Source: an uncultured Nitrospinota bacterium | GTDB lineage: Bacteria > Tectomicrobia > Entotheonellia > J063 > CAVPRW01 | Length of the DNA: 64,000 bases | Reading direction: 5' to 3' | NCBI GenBank assembly: GCA_963707985.1 | Contig: CAVPRW010000010.1 | Span: 1 to 64,000 of the forward strand | Shown: one piece after another, positions 50,534-61,481 of the stretch | Layout of the letters: every line of letters starts with the position of its first letter | Numbering within the stretch: the first letter of the stretch is position 1 | Program-made: the position numbers and the translations under genes | Notes under the pieces: generated by a model | Databases searched by the model: none | What the model was told of the DNA's origin: nothing | What the model saw: only the letters and a program-made list of their open reading frames with translations

Positions 50534-51814
50534 TTATTTTGACGTCACCTGGGCTGACGGGGCCAACGTCGCGGAAGGTGGGGCACCGTCGGTTTGGTCG
50601 GCGGACTTCGGCTGGACCATCATTCCCGGCTGCACCTTCTGCAGTCCCTCGGTGATCACCCGCTCAGCCGCTTGCACACCCTTGTCGATCACGCGCATAC
50701 TTTGATACACCGGGCCCGCCACGATACTACGCTTTTCCACCTTGTTGTCCGGTCCCACGACTAGCACGAACTGTCCACCCTGGTCCTCCCCCACCGCCTG
50801 ACCCGGCACCAAAAGCGCATCAGATTTTTGCGCCACCAGTATGCGCACCCGGCTGTATTGGCCTGGCAGCAAGGTCTTCTCAGGGTTGGGGACGACAGCA
50901 CGCATTTTCAGCGTGGCTGTGGCGCTGTCCATGGTGTTGTTGAGAAAGTCGACCTTGCCCTGGTGCGGGTGTGTGCTTTGGTCCGCGAGTACGACGGTGA
51001 CCGGCAGCTCCCCCCGCTGCTGATGCTGGACGATTTGCGGCAATTCACGCGAGCTGGCGCTAAAGTATATGTATATCGGATCGAGCTGGACGATGGACGC
51101 CAGCACCGTGTTCTCACCGGGGCCGACCAGGTTACCAATGTCGATCAGCGCTCGTCCGATGCGCCCGTTCAACGGCGCGCGAATGGTGCAATAGCTCAGG
51201 TTGAGCTTCGTTTGAGTGATGGCAGCGCGATCGGCCTTGATCGCCGCCGCCGCTTGGTTGATGGCTGCCTGATCAACGGTGATCGCGGCTGCCGCCTGGT
51301 CTGCCAGGGTACGAAAGTTGTCGAACGCCTCTTTGGTCACGAACTCCTGCTCGGCGAGCGGACGATAGCGCTCCACTTGCTCACGGGCGAAGGCCAGGCT
51401 GGCTGTATCCTTCACCAGCTGCGCTTGTGCCCCGACCAGGGCAGCCTCATCTCTGGAGAGTTGTGCCTGGGCTTGTTCGAGGGCGGCTTGGAACGGGCTG
51501 GGATCGATGACGAACAGGAGATCGCCGTCTTTCACGTCGGCACCCTCGATAAAGGCACGTTTCTGCAGAAACCCCTCAACTCGGGCGCGAAGATCGACCG
51601 ACCGTACCGCCGCAGTGGAGCCGATGTAATCCAGGTAAACAGGGATGGTCTGCTGCGTCACTGCTGCCACTATGACGCTCGGCGGCGGGGGGGCCGACCT
51701 CTCCTGAGCCGCTTGCTGGCGCCCACAGCTCGCGAGCCCAACAAGCATGAGTCCGACGGTGCATACGAGGCGCCCAGTGCCCTTCCAGAGCCCCTTCTGC
51801 TCACGGCTTCTCAT
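50534..51814 (-). CDS. RND periplasmic adaptor (MFP) lipoprotein
   Basis: LASC lipobox, ARVEGFL, LF.IDP, IRAPL.GRIG and LLPGQY. Confidence 0.9.
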   Translation of the reverse strand: MRSREQKGLWKGTGRLVCTVGLMLVGLASCGRQQAAQERSAPPPPSVIVAAVTQQTIPVYLDYIGSTAAVRSVDLRARVEGFLQKRAFIEGADVKDGDLLFVIDPSPFQAALEQAQAQLSRDEAALVGAQAQLVKDTASLAFAREQVERYRPLAEQEFVTKEAFDNFRTLADQAAAAITVDQAAINQAAAAIKADRAAITQTKLNLSYCTIRAPLNGRIGRALIDIGNLVGPGENTVLASIVQLDPIYIYFSASSRELPQIVQHQQRGELPVTVVLADQSTHPHQGKVDFLNNTMDSATATLKMRAVVPNPEKTLLPGQYSRVRILVAQKSDALLVPGQAVGEDQGGQFVLVVGPDNKVEKRSIVAGPVYQSMRVIDKGVQAAERVITEGLQKVQPGMMVQPKSADQTDGAPPSATLAPSAQVTSK

Positions 51815-53300
51815 GTTGTGCATACCCCCTCGCAGCGGTCTTGCTGGCGCCCGCCTTGGAAGCGGCTGCCGGTAGCTCCGCTCCGATGGCGTGTACGAGC
51901 TCGGCGTAGGACGTAAACAGGTTGGTCTGCGCTTGCACCCGTTGCACCCGTGCCCTGGCGAGCTGACTCTGGGCGTTGAGCAGCTCCACGATGTCTCCCA
52001 CCCCAGCACGATAGCGTGCCATGGCGGCCTCATAGGCCCGGGTCGAGCTGGCCAAGAGGGTTTGACTGGCCTCGATTTGCCGTGTGGCGGTGCGAAAGTT
52101 GTAGTACGCGGCCCAGACATCGGACACCACGGCTTGCACCTGCAGCTGCAAGGCGGCGCGGGCAGCCTCTAGCTGGGCCCGAGCCCCACGTACGGCATTG
52201 AGTAAGGCAAAACCCTGAAAGATAGGAACCTGCAGCTCAACTCCTGCGGCAAAGACAGAGTTTTCGGTGGCGAATGCGCCCCAGACTTTCTCGTGACCGG
52301 CGTTGCCGTTGGCCACGAGCTGAGGCCAGAGAGCTGCGGTGGTTTGACGTAGCTGCGCCTCCTTCTGTTGCACGAAGGCCCGCACCGCCGCCAGGTCTGG
52401 ACGATTCTGCTGCGCCTGCGCGATGAGCCCCTCGACGTTTTGTCCGATGGCATCGAGGGGCAACTCCTCGGGCGCGTCTGCCACTCCGAAGGCTGTATTG
52501 GCCGGCCAGCCGACAGCGGTAGCGAGCTGGCCATGGGATATCTCCACGGCACCTCGGTTGGTCTCGAGGACGACGCGCACTTGTGCCTCGTTAGCTTGCG
52601 CCTGCAGGACGTCCGCGAGCGTGCCCACACCCGCTCGTCGGCGCTCTTCCGCGGCCTGAAGGCTCTTTTGGGCTTCGGATAGGCTGGCCTCATCGGCCTG
52701 TAGTTGGGCCCTGGTACCGAGATAGCCATAGTAGGTTTGTGCCACGGTGCGCAGCACGTCCTGGATGGCTTGGTCATGATTCCAGTTGGCGTTAAAGAGA
52801 GCCTGCCTGGCGGCCTCTGCCTGTGCGCTGCGGCCACCGAAATCGAGGAGGAGGTAGCTGAGCGTCAGGGTGTTTTGGCTGATCGTTTGTGCGAAACCGG
52901 CCGCCCCGCTGGATGGACCTCCTTCGTTGCGCATACCGGACAGGGTGGCACTGATGGACGGATAGTAGTTGCCGCGAGCCTGGGCCCAGGCCGCCGCGGC
53001 TGCACGCGCCTACTCCCAGGCCTGTCGGGTAGTCGGGTTACTTTGCAGGGCAACATCGATGAACTGCGGCAGGCTCAGCTTGGCAGCATACGGTTCAAGG
53101 TCGGCTGGAATTCCCGGCAGTTGCTCGCTGGGCAGTGGACCTGTGCGCTGGTCAGGCCGTGGTTGCCAGGCTTGGCCAGGCGCAGACGGGACATATTGCA
53201 TCGGATTCCACTCGGGCAAGCTTTGCAGACATGCCGAGCACGCCATGGCAGCGACGAGCAATACACACGATATTCGACCACTGCGCGACAGCCAACACCG
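51801..53300 (-). pseudogene. TolC family outer membrane protein, frameshifted near 52940-53010
   Basis: LSL.QFIDVALQSNP in one frame; LLDFGGR and RYRAGVGDIVELL.AQ in the next. Confidence 0.8.
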
Positions 53301-53482
53301 TAGAGCAGTGCGGTGAATCGCCAAAGACTTGTCCGCCCCATATGCGTGATCGGTGTAGCTACTGGAATACTCCCAGTGGGACTCTAACGGGCAGTCACCA
53401 GTCGCTAGAGACTTGAGTCTACAATTTCGGACAGGCGCCGTCAAGAACGCAGTTGCTGGATGACGAGATTTCGTGAGGATGC

Positions 53483-53511
53483 TTGACACATGGACTGTGG
53501 GGCAGTATCCT
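53483..53511 (+). promoter_or_regulatory. Putative sigma70 promoter
   Basis: TTGACA-N17-TATCCT upstream of the hydrolase. Confidence 0.5.
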
Positions 53512-53567
53512 CGCCCCACCCCGGGATGGCTCGGGCGATGGAGCCAACGCTGATAGGAGGCGGAACA

Positions 53568-54431
53568 ATGACCGTGCACTATGACCCTTCGAAGCACTAC
53601 GAGATCAAGGTCTGGGACGTTGAATACCGACGCGATCCAGTACGGACTCTGATGGCCCGCGTCTACCAACCTCAGGGTGAGGGGCCATTTCCAGTACTCC
53701 TGGACGTGCACGGTGGGGCCTGGAACGACCAGGATCGCACGGCGAATGCACCGGTGGACGAGCGGCTGGCAGCCAGCGGCATCCTGGTGGTGGCGATCGA
53801 TGTGCGTCTGGCCAGGGAAGCTCCATACCCAGGCTCAGTGACAGACGTCAACTATGGCATCCGCTGGCTGAAGGCGAAGGCTCACGAGTGGAACGGCGAG
53901 CCGGCGACGCTCGGCGCCCTGGGCAGCTCGAGCGGCGGCCATGTCCTTGAACTGTGTGCCATGCGGCCGCACGATGCCCGCTACACGGTGTATCCGCTGC
54001 CGGAAGCCTCCCACCTCGACGCTACGCTGAAGTATGTCATCGCGCGCTCGCCGATCAGCAACCCTCTCGCCCGCTACGAACAAGCGCAGAAGATGCAGCG
54101 GGCCACACTGATCACCAATAGCGAGCTCTACTTTAATCCGTGGGACAGCATTTTTGACGCGAATCCCCAACGTATCCTCGAGCGCGGTGAAGCGGTCAAT
54201 CTGCCGCCGATGTTCGTCCTGCAAGGCGAATTGGATGACAACGTGCTCCCCGCAGTGCAGGAGCACTTCGTGGCGACGTACCGGGCAGCGGGCGGTAAGA
54301 TCGACTACGAGGTCTTCCCGGGTGCCGAGCACCGCTGGATTATTCAGCCGGGGCCGCAGACGGACCGAGCTATTGACATGATCAAAGCTTTCATCGCTCG
54401 TCAGCTTCAGGCATTGCGCCCGGTGGGGTGA
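53568..54431 (+). CDS. Alpha/beta hydrolase (HSL/esterase family)
   Basis: HGGAW, GSSSGGH, QGELDD and FPGAEH. Confidence 0.88.
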   Translation: MTVHYDPSKHYEIKVWDVEYRRDPVRTLMARVYQPQGEGPFPVLLDVHGGAWNDQDRTANAPVDERLAASGILVVAIDVRLAREAPYPGSVTDVNYGIRWLKAKAHEWNGEPATLGALGSSSGGHVLELCAMRPHDARYTVYPLPEASHLDATLKYVIARSPISNPLARYEQAQKMQRATLITNSELYFNPWDSIFDANPQRILERGEAVNLPPMFVLQGELDDNVLPAVQEHFVATYRAAGGKIDYEVFPGAEHRWIIQPGPQTDRAIDMIKAFIARQLQALRPVG

Positions 54432-54610
54432 CCGAGGCCATGTCGCCGAAGCCTAGGGGAACGAAACCGTTCGGTGGCCAAATCGAAGGTCAACAGGTAG
54501 TTGTCCTGCCGCTGAAGCCCGATAGGTCTGGCGATTGTCTGGTGGCGGTAGAGGGCCACGCGGCGCTGAAGTTGTTAGGGGCGAGTCGCAGGGCGACCGG
54601 AGGTGACGGG

Positions 54611-54913
54611 ATGGTATTGAGCGAGCAAGATCACGGCCGCACGGTGAACGTGCGCACAGGAAGCCTGATCGCCGTGCGTCTGATAGAAAATCCTACGACC
54701 GGCTATCGCTGGATCGTCGAGTCCGTCGGGGGGCTCGATCCGGTGGGGGACCGCTTTGAAGCGGGCGTCGCGATTGGCGCGGCCGGCGTGCGGGTGTTTG
54801 AGTTCCGCGCCACGCGCCCAGGCACGCAGGTGATTTGCATGAAGAACGTGCACGCCTGGGAAGGTGCAGACTCTGCCGTAGCGCAGTTCGAGGCGACCGT
54901 GGTTGTGACGTAA
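54611..54913 (+). CDS. Chagasin family (I42) cysteine-protease inhibitor
   Basis: ENPTTGYRW and GAAGVRVFEF. Confidence 0.85.
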   Translation: MVLSEQDHGRTVNVRTGSLIAVRLIENPTTGYRWIVESVGGLDPVGDRFEAGVAIGAAGVRVFEFRATRPGTQVICMKNVHAWEGADSAVAQFEATVVVT

Positions 54914-55167
54914 GCGTGGGATCGCCAGCGACCTGGTGGGGTTACGCCTACGCCGCCACCATAGCGGGCGTGTCGCGTGCAGGCCTGGGCAAATTAGCTT
55001 CTCCTGAGGCGATCACCAGGTTTTGAAATCACTGCGCCATCTGCTGGCGATACTCGGGGGCTGATGATCTCGGGAGGAAACCAATGCCGCTTGTATCGAT
55101 TGATTGTGCAGAGTGTGTAGAGAAGACAAGTATGCCATCCTGAGCCGTGGCTGTAAGGTGGTTGGGA

Positions 55168-55590
55168 TTATTGGACGATGCTTCGGACCTGCAGCGTGAC
55201 GGCAAAGCGCTCAATAACAGAGGTCTCTCCTTCCCAATCGCGCCAGAGCTTGAAACGGAGCTGCATGGTGCCTGAGTGTTCCGCCTTCAGCGTGAACAAC
55301 CGTGTCCCGCCGCTGCCGAGGCCGCCGTCGGTGCCGCTCATATAGTCCACTCGCACAATTGTGACGATCTGATCATCTAGCTGCTCTACAGCCCATCGAA
55401 AGCCTGTGGTCGGGTTCTCAGCCAATGGGATGACGATGGTATTGCCTGGCCTGACCTCGACCGATTGTCCATTATCAGCGTGGGTAAGTGTTACGGTTGA
55501 CAGCTGTTCGACCTCTCGGTGATCACCCGGTGAATCTACCGCGCCGCATCCGCTCACAATCAGCAGAACCAGTGCAATGACCTCATACAT
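55168..55590 (-). CDS. Chagasin family (I42) inhibitor lipoprotein
   Basis: VSGC lipobox, ENPTTGFRW, GSGGTRLFT and RDWE. Confidence 0.85.
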   Translation of the reverse strand: MYEVIALVLLIVSGCGAVDSPGDHREVEQLSTVTLTHADNGQSVEVRPGNTIVIPLAENPTTGFRWAVEQLDDQIVTIVRVDYMSGTDGGLGSGGTRLFTLKAEHSGTMQLRFKLWRDWEGETSVIERFAVTLQVRSIVQ

Positions 55591-55946
55591 TCCACTACGC
55601 TGGTACCGCGGCCCCCTCCCAAGAAAAAACCGTGACCAACTGTTACATGGTCCACGCTGTAGCAGAAGTCTTGTGATGTTGCAATGCACGACACCTCGCC
55701 GTTCGTGGGCAGGAGCCACTTAGTCAGGGAAGGATACGCTTGTGAAGAGAACAAGCCATCCCTCATAACAGGGTTGGGGGTTCGGAAGGGCAGCACCAGA
55801 GGCAGCCCTATATCAGCCGTCAGCGTGAAAAGATGTTGGACTCTTCATACCGACAATGGACACTCGCGACTGCTTGCGAGAGACGATCCAACATCTCCTC
55901 ACGGCATTGCCAATCATACTCGCTGACCCGATCGTTGCGGAGCTAG

Positions 55947-56222
55947 TCAACGAACAGCGCTTCCACCCCCAAGAGCCGGGATGAAATGCACCTCGCTGTC
56001 GGCACCGACGGGTTCCACAAGCCCTAGAATGGAGACCTCGCCATCCACAGCCACCGCGATGTGGGGTTTGAGGTCTTCATCCTCCACTAAGGCGTCCTCC
56101 ATCCCAGGATAGAGGGCCTCCAGCTGAGCGATGATTTGCCGCACAGTGGTGGCCTCGAGCGTGACTTCCTTCTCTCCCCGACTCAGGGATTGAAGTGGTT
56201 CCGGGATATACACGGTGGCCAT
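55947..56222 (-). CDS. MoaD/ThiS family sulfur carrier
   Basis: VYIP..L..L..G and EVHFIPALGGG. Confidence 0.85.
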   Translation of the reverse strand: MATVYIPEPLQSLSRGEKEVTLEATTVRQIIAQLEALYPGMEDALVEDEDLKPHIAVAVDGEVSILGLVEPVGADSEVHFIPALGGGSAVR

Positions 56223-56226
56223 GGGA

Positions 56227-58566
56227 TCAATTCCCCGGTTGCTGCTTCGACAAGGCTTCCACGACCTTGCCAGGACTCATCGGCAGTTGACGCATGCGCG
56301 TGCCAGTGGCCCGATAAATGGCGTTGGCGATCGCCGCCATGGGTGGCACGATGGACACTTCACCGACGCCCCTGAGGCCGAACGGATGCCCGGGGTTGGG
56401 GACCTCGACGATGACCGTATCGATCATCGGTAAGTCGAGGCTCGTCGGCATGCGATAGTCCAGGAAGCTGGAGTTGAGCATCTCGCCCTTGTCATTGAAG
56501 ACGTACTCTTCGTTGAGCGCCCAACCGATGCCCTGGACGGCCCCACCCTGGATCTGCCCTTCCACGTAACTCGGATGGATGGCTTTGCCAGCGTCTTGCA
56601 GGGCGGTATAGCGCAAGATCTGGGTCTTGCCGGTCTCCGGGTCGACCTCCACATCGACGATATGCACTGCAAAGCCTGGGCCGGCGCCTCTCGGCGCCAC
56701 GTTGGCTCGGCCCACGATGGGACCGCCGGTAGCGTTCAATCGGCGCGCCAGCTCTTTGAACGTCATCCGCAGCTCTGGGTTCTTGCTGTACGTTAAGGTG
56801 CCGGCGTTGTATTCGACGTCTTCGGGCGCTACCTCCCAGATCTTCGCCGCCCGCTCGGTCAGCTGCCGCTTCACGTCCGTCGCAGCTTCGTAACACGCCC
56901 AACCGGTCTTGAACGTGGCGCTGCTGCCGCCGGTTTGAGAGGTAAACCCGACCGAGTCTGTATCGCCGATCGTCGGTTTGACGTCTGCATACGGCAGCCC
57001 TAGCACCTCTGCCACGTGCATGGCGGCTGCGGCACGGCTACCACCAATATCCACCGACCCTTCGATGAGACTGATGGTGCCGTCGGAATTGACGCTCGCG
57101 GTTGCACTGGCAGGACCCGTGTTATTGTGCCAGTACCCGGTGGCTACCCCGCGCCCCCGATTCGCGCCTTCGAGTGGCGTGCTATAGTGCGGGTGCGCCT
57201 TGGCCGCTTCGAGCGTCTCGATATAGCCGATACGTGGCAACCGCAGTCCGGTCACACGTCGCGTCCCCTCCTTGGCACCATTGAGCAGACGGAATTCCAG
57301 GGGATCCATGCCCAGCTTCTCACTCAGCTCATCAATCACGGACTCGGATGCGAAGGCCGCGGCTGGTGCACCTGGGGCGCGGTAGGCAGCGGACTTCGGC
57401 CGGTTCACCAGCACGTCATAGCCCTCGACGCGGGCATTGGGGATGTCATACGGGGCCAACATGCATTGCGAACCGGGGTTCACCGGTGAGCCTGGAAAGG
57501 CCCCAGCCTCATAGATCAACGTGGCGTCGGCGGCAGTGATCCGCCCATCTTTCGTCGCGCCGATCTTCACACGGGTATGCGTCCCAGATGTCGGACCCGT
57601 GCCTTGGAATACTTCGGTCCGGCTCATGGCAAGCTTCACAGGGCGCCCGGTTTTCTTCGACAACAGCGCAGCGACCGGCTCGAGATAGATCAACGTCTTT
57701 GCTCCAAAGCCGCCGCCGATCTCCATCGGGATCACTTTCACTTTGGAGACCGGTAGGCCCAGGATACGGGAGGCCTGGTCCCGGATGGCAAAATGGCCCT
57801 GGCTGCTGCACCAGATCGTCAGGCTGCCGTCGGCGCTCCACAGCGCCGTGGCGCTCTGTGGCTCGATGTACCCCTGATGTACGGCTGCCGTGTGGAACTC
57901 GCGTTCGACGATGACGTCCGCGTCGCGGAATCCCTGCGCCACATCGCCGATCTCGAAGACAAAGTGATTGGCGACGTTGGTGCCTTTGCCGGGGTCGTCT
58001 TCTTCGCGCAGGCCACCCGGACGAATATTGGGGTTCTCCAGCGGCATGAGGCGCTCATGCAGGATGGGCGCATCTTCACGCATCGCGTCCTGCGCGGTCA
58101 TCACCGCCGGTAAGACCTCATAGTCCACAGTGATGAGCGCCGCGGCCTCTTCCGCGATGTGCCAGCTGGTTGCCGCCACGGCTGCGACCGCGTGCCCTTT
58201 ATAGAGCACCTTGTCCCTGGCCAGACAGTTGTTGCTCATGAAGCGTGGGTTGATCATCGCCCCTTCGCCGAGGTCGGTCACTTTGCCTGAGGGTTGGGGC
58301 AACTCCGCCGACGTAATTACGGCCTTGACACCGGGGAAGGTCAACGCGCGGCTGATATCGATGTTCTTGATCCGAGCGTGGGCATGCGGGCTGCGCAGGA
58401 TCTTGCCGTACAAAAGGCCTGTGAGTCGCACGTCGGCCCCGTACTGTGCCCGGCCCGTGACCTTGTCCGTGCCGTCGGGGCGGATGGGCCGAGTGCCGAT
58501 AACGGAGTATCCGTTCGTTGAACTTTCTGGCTTCTCGATGACTGGGGTGACCTGGGATACACTCAT
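56227..58566 (-). CDS. Xanthine dehydrogenase family molybdopterin-binding subunit
   Basis: KVTGRA.Y, LRSPHAHA, HQGYIEP, IGGGFGAK, AYRAPG, EGQIQGG.VQG and GVGE. Confidence 0.93.
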   Translation of the reverse strand: MSVSQVTPVIEKPESSTNGYSVIGTRPIRPDGTDKVTGRAQYGADVRLTGLLYGKILRSPHAHARIKNIDISRALTFPGVKAVITSAELPQPSGKVTDLGEGAMINPRFMSNNCLARDKVLYKGHAVAAVAATSWHIAEEAAALITVDYEVLPAVMTAQDAMREDAPILHERLMPLENPNIRPGGLREEDDPGKGTNVANHFVFEIGDVAQGFRDADVIVEREFHTAAVHQGYIEPQSATALWSADGSLTIWCSSQGHFAIRDQASRILGLPVSKVKVIPMEIGGGFGAKTLIYLEPVAALLSKKTGRPVKLAMSRTEVFQGTGPTSGTHTRVKIGATKDGRITAADATLIYEAGAFPGSPVNPGSQCMLAPYDIPNARVEGYDVLVNRPKSAAYRAPGAPAAAFASESVIDELSEKLGMDPLEFRLLNGAKEGTRRVTGLRLPRIGYIETLEAAKAHPHYSTPLEGANRGRGVATGYWHNNTGPASATASVNSDGTISLIEGSVDIGGSRAAAAMHVAEVLGLPYADVKPTIGDTDSVGFTSQTGGSSATFKTGWACYEAATDVKRQLTERAAKIWEVAPEDVEYNAGTLTYSKNPELRMTFKELARRLNATGGPIVGRANVAPRGAGPGFAVHIVDVEVDPETGKTQILRYTALQDAGKAIHPSYVEGQIQGGAVQGIGWALNEEYVFNDKGEMLNSSFLDYRMPTSLDLPMIDTVIVEVPNPGHPFGLRGVGEVSIVPPMAAIANAIYRATGTRMRQLPMSPGKVVEALSKQQPGN

Positions 58567-59106
58567 GCGGATTCCACCTCCATCCGTGTCACTGCCTATG
58601 GACCATGCCTGTGCCAGCTTCAGTCGTGGCCCAGGCCATCCGGTAGCGAAATGTTAGGCCATTGTATCACGGTCTGCATCTGAGAGGAAAGCGCTTCTTG
58701 CCGATGCCCTCTCCGATCGGGAGAGCGCTGGGGTGTGGGGTGGTTTCCCTGACGGGGATCAGCCCGTAGGGCGAGTGGCGCGCGGTGCGCATCGGGTTTA
58801 TCCTGACGGTGCGGGTGGTGCTGGCGGTGTGTCGGGATCAACGGTTGGCGGCCATGGACACGACCGTCCGCAGGGGGCCGCTCACCTAGTCTGTGTGCGT
58901 GCCCCCGCGCCAGGGGGAGATGCTGTACCACAAGCTGGGGAGCCAGCAATGGACCGTGCACATCCGAGAGTGGGTAGTGTCCCAACCTAGGCCTCACATC
59001 ACGAGCCCATGACCATTCTGGCCCATGGCTTTGGGGTGGCGAGGCCCTCTGGTGGCACCAGCACCCTGCCGGCGCGTGTTCATCAGGCTCCACGCACAAT
59101 GATCTC

Positions 59107-60102
59107 TTATCGCGCCGGATGAGCCAAATCCTTACGAATCATTTCAATGATCTCAAGCGTTACCTGCAGGGAGTACAGTTCGTCCTCGGCTGACACCATA
59201 CGCTCGGCTTGATGGGTGGCGCAGTCGAGCAGGTGTTTGATCTCGAGCTTGAGCGGGTTGTCCTTATGCACAAAAATGCGCTCGATCAAGGCTTCTTGCT
59301 TATAGCGCAACTCGCCACGCCCGAGGCGATGCTCGGAGGAGCCCTGTCGGTAAATGCGAATATCCTGATCGGTGTAATTGAGCAACACGTATTCTTCGCG
59401 CTGCGTGACTGCCAGCGTGCGGATCTTCTCCTGGGTCGCCCGACTGGCGGTGATCGTGGCCAAGCAGCCGTTGGCAAACCAGAGCTGCACGTTCGCTACA
59501 TCTTCGACCTCGGATGATACCGCAGCCCCTACGGCGCTGATACGATGGGCGCGGGAGCCCACGAGGTTGAGCACGATGTCAAGGTCATGAATCATGAGGT
59601 CGAGTACGACCCCATCGTCCTTGACTCGTGATTGGAAGGGGCCCAGACGCCGGCACTCGATGAGGATCGGGTCTCTGACGATGTTTTTCAGCTCCTGCAC
59701 CGCACCGTTGAAACGTTCCACATGCCCTACGTGCAGCATAACCCCACGTTGCTCAGCTAACTCGAACAGTTCCTCGGCTTCCGCCAAGGTTGGCGCAATC
59801 GGTTTCTCGATGAGCACATGCACGCCAGCTTCAAGGAATTCACGGGCAACCTCAGCATGCAGCACTGTGGGCACGGCGATACTGACCACATCGACCTCGC
59901 CCAGGAGATCGCGATAATCCGTGAGAGCCGTGGTGTTGTATGTCTCTGCCAGAGCCTGAATGTGCTTGGGGTCGATGTCGACGATGCCCACCAGTTCGAC
60001 TTGTGGGATCTCGGCGAGGACACCGACATGATATCGCCCCATCTGACCAACCCCAACCACACCCGCTCGTACCGGACGAGTTTTTTTCCGTCTGAGATGC
60101 AC
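59107..60102 (-). CDS. Gfo/Idh/MocA family oxidoreductase
   Basis: GVVGVG.MG, HVLIEKP, VGHVERFN and DLMIHDLD; GTG start with SD AGGAGG. Confidence 0.9.
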   Translation of the reverse strand: MHLRRKKTRPVRAGVVGVGQMGRYHVGVLAEIPQVELVGIVDIDPKHIQALAETYNTTALTDYRDLLGEVDVVSIAVPTVLHAEVAREFLEAGVHVLIEKPIAPTLAEAEELFELAEQRGVMLHVGHVERFNGAVQELKNIVRDPILIECRRLGPFQSRVKDDGVVLDLMIHDLDIVLNLVGSRAHRISAVGAAVSSEVEDVANVQLWFANGCLATITASRATQEKIRTLAVTQREEYVLLNYTDQDIRIYRQGSSEHRLGRGELRYKQEALIERIFVHKDNPLKLEIKHLLDCATHQAERMVSAEDELYSLQVTLEIIEMIRKDLAHPAR

Positions 60103-60241
60103 CGTCCGCCTCCTCCTCTGATCGCTACAGCCGCTCATTCTCAACCGGTCGCCTGCTACCTGCCGTCTACCAGCCGTCCACGAGGGCGCGCCCTGGAGTC
60201 CTGTAACATAACATAGATCGCGACTACCGGGTATCGACGCT

Positions 60242-61462
60242 TCATTCGTACCTGAGAGCCTGGATAGGATCGAGCTGTGCCGCTTTGCGAGCCGGGTAGA
60301 AGCCAAAAAAGATCCCTACCGCGCCGGAGAAGATAAACGCTAAGGCGATGGCATCCCAGGACACCAACGACGGCCATGCGGCCAGAGAGCTGATCAGTTT
60401 CGACCCACTCACCCCGAGGCCGATGCCGACGAGCCCCCCAATGAAGCTCAGCATCATCGCTTCTACCAGAAACTGCCACAAAATATCGCGCTTTTTCGCA
60501 CCCACGGCCATGCGAATGCCGATCTCCCGCGTGCGTTCGGTAACCGACACCAGCATGATATTCATGATCCCAATGCCACCGACCAACAGTGAAATTGAGG
60601 CGATGCTCCCCAACAGCAAGGTCATGGTCCGTGAGCTTTCTTCTTCGGCAACCGCCACTTCGGCCAGCGGTTGTATCGAGAAATCATTGTCCCGCCAGGG
60701 TAGGAGCCGGTGACGTTGTCGCAGGAGAGCGGTGATCTGCTCTATGGCCTCTGTCATCATCTCATTGCTCACGGCCGACGCCAGGATGGAATGGATGTGC
60801 GTGATACCCATGATTTTTTTTTGGGCTGTGGTGTACGGCATGAAAATGATATCGTCCTGATCCTGCCCCTGGGTTGATTGCCCTTTTGGTGCCAGCAAGC
60901 CAACGACCTTAAAGGGCATGTTCTTCATTTGCATCACCTGCCCTACCGGGTCCATACTGCCGAAGAGCCAATCCGCCACGGTTTGCCCCAGCACCGCCAC
61001 TTTTGCGGCCGCGTCGACATCTTGTTGCGTAAACCAATTTCCCGAGGCTAACGACCACTCCCGGATGTTCGGGTATTCGATGCCGGTCCCCTGGATAGTG
61101 GTCGCCCAGTTCTGATTTGCGTAGACGACCTGTGTCACAGTGCGCACGGATGACGTGGCATAGGCAATGGCAGGGCATTCTTGCTGGATCGCTTTCACAT
61201 CCGCGGGCCGCAGAGTAGCGCGACCACCCCACCCGAGGCGCACCCCGCTTTGCGTGGTTGAACCCGGCAGGATCACCAGGGAGTTGGCTCCCAGGCTGGC
61301 GATTTTGGCCCTGATAGAGGCATGCGCTCCTTGCCCGATAGCGACCATGGCGATGACCGCGCCGACGCCGATGATGACCCCGAGCATGGTCAGCAGTGAG
61401 CGCAGCAGATTTCGCCCCAGCGCGCGTTTGGCGATCTTAATAGCCATGAACAGCCGCATCAT
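60242..61462 (-). CDS. MacB-type ABC transporter permease
   Basis: RSLLTMLGVIIGV, GGIGIMNIMLVSVTERTREIGIRMAVGA and PARKAA.LDPI.ALRYE. Confidence 0.93.
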   Translation of the reverse strand: MMRLFMAIKIAKRALGRNLLRSLLTMLGVIIGVGAVIAMVAIGQGAHASIRAKIASLGANSLVILPGSTTQSGVRLGWGGRATLRPADVKAIQQECPAIAYATSSVRTVTQVVYANQNWATTIQGTGIEYPNIREWSLASGNWFTQQDVDAAAKVAVLGQTVADWLFGSMDPVGQVMQMKNMPFKVVGLLAPKGQSTQGQDQDDIIFMPYTTAQKKIMGITHIHSILASAVSNEMMTEAIEQITALLRQRHRLLPWRDNDFSIQPLAEVAVAEEESSRTMTLLLGSIASISLLVGGIGIMNIMLVSVTERTREIGIRMAVGAKKRDILWQFLVEAMMLSFIGGLVGIGLGVSGSKLISSLAAWPSLVSWDAIALAFIFSGAVGIFFGFYPARKAAQLDPIQALRYE

Positions 61463-61481
61463 CGTACGTTCTCCAAGCCCC

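Noticed and set aside
50828..51916. 362-aa plus-strand ORF
   Set aside because: Antisense shadow of the MFP gene
58620..59099. 159-aa ORF or ncRNA upstream of the Xdh gene
   Set aside because: No recognisable motif or convincing structure
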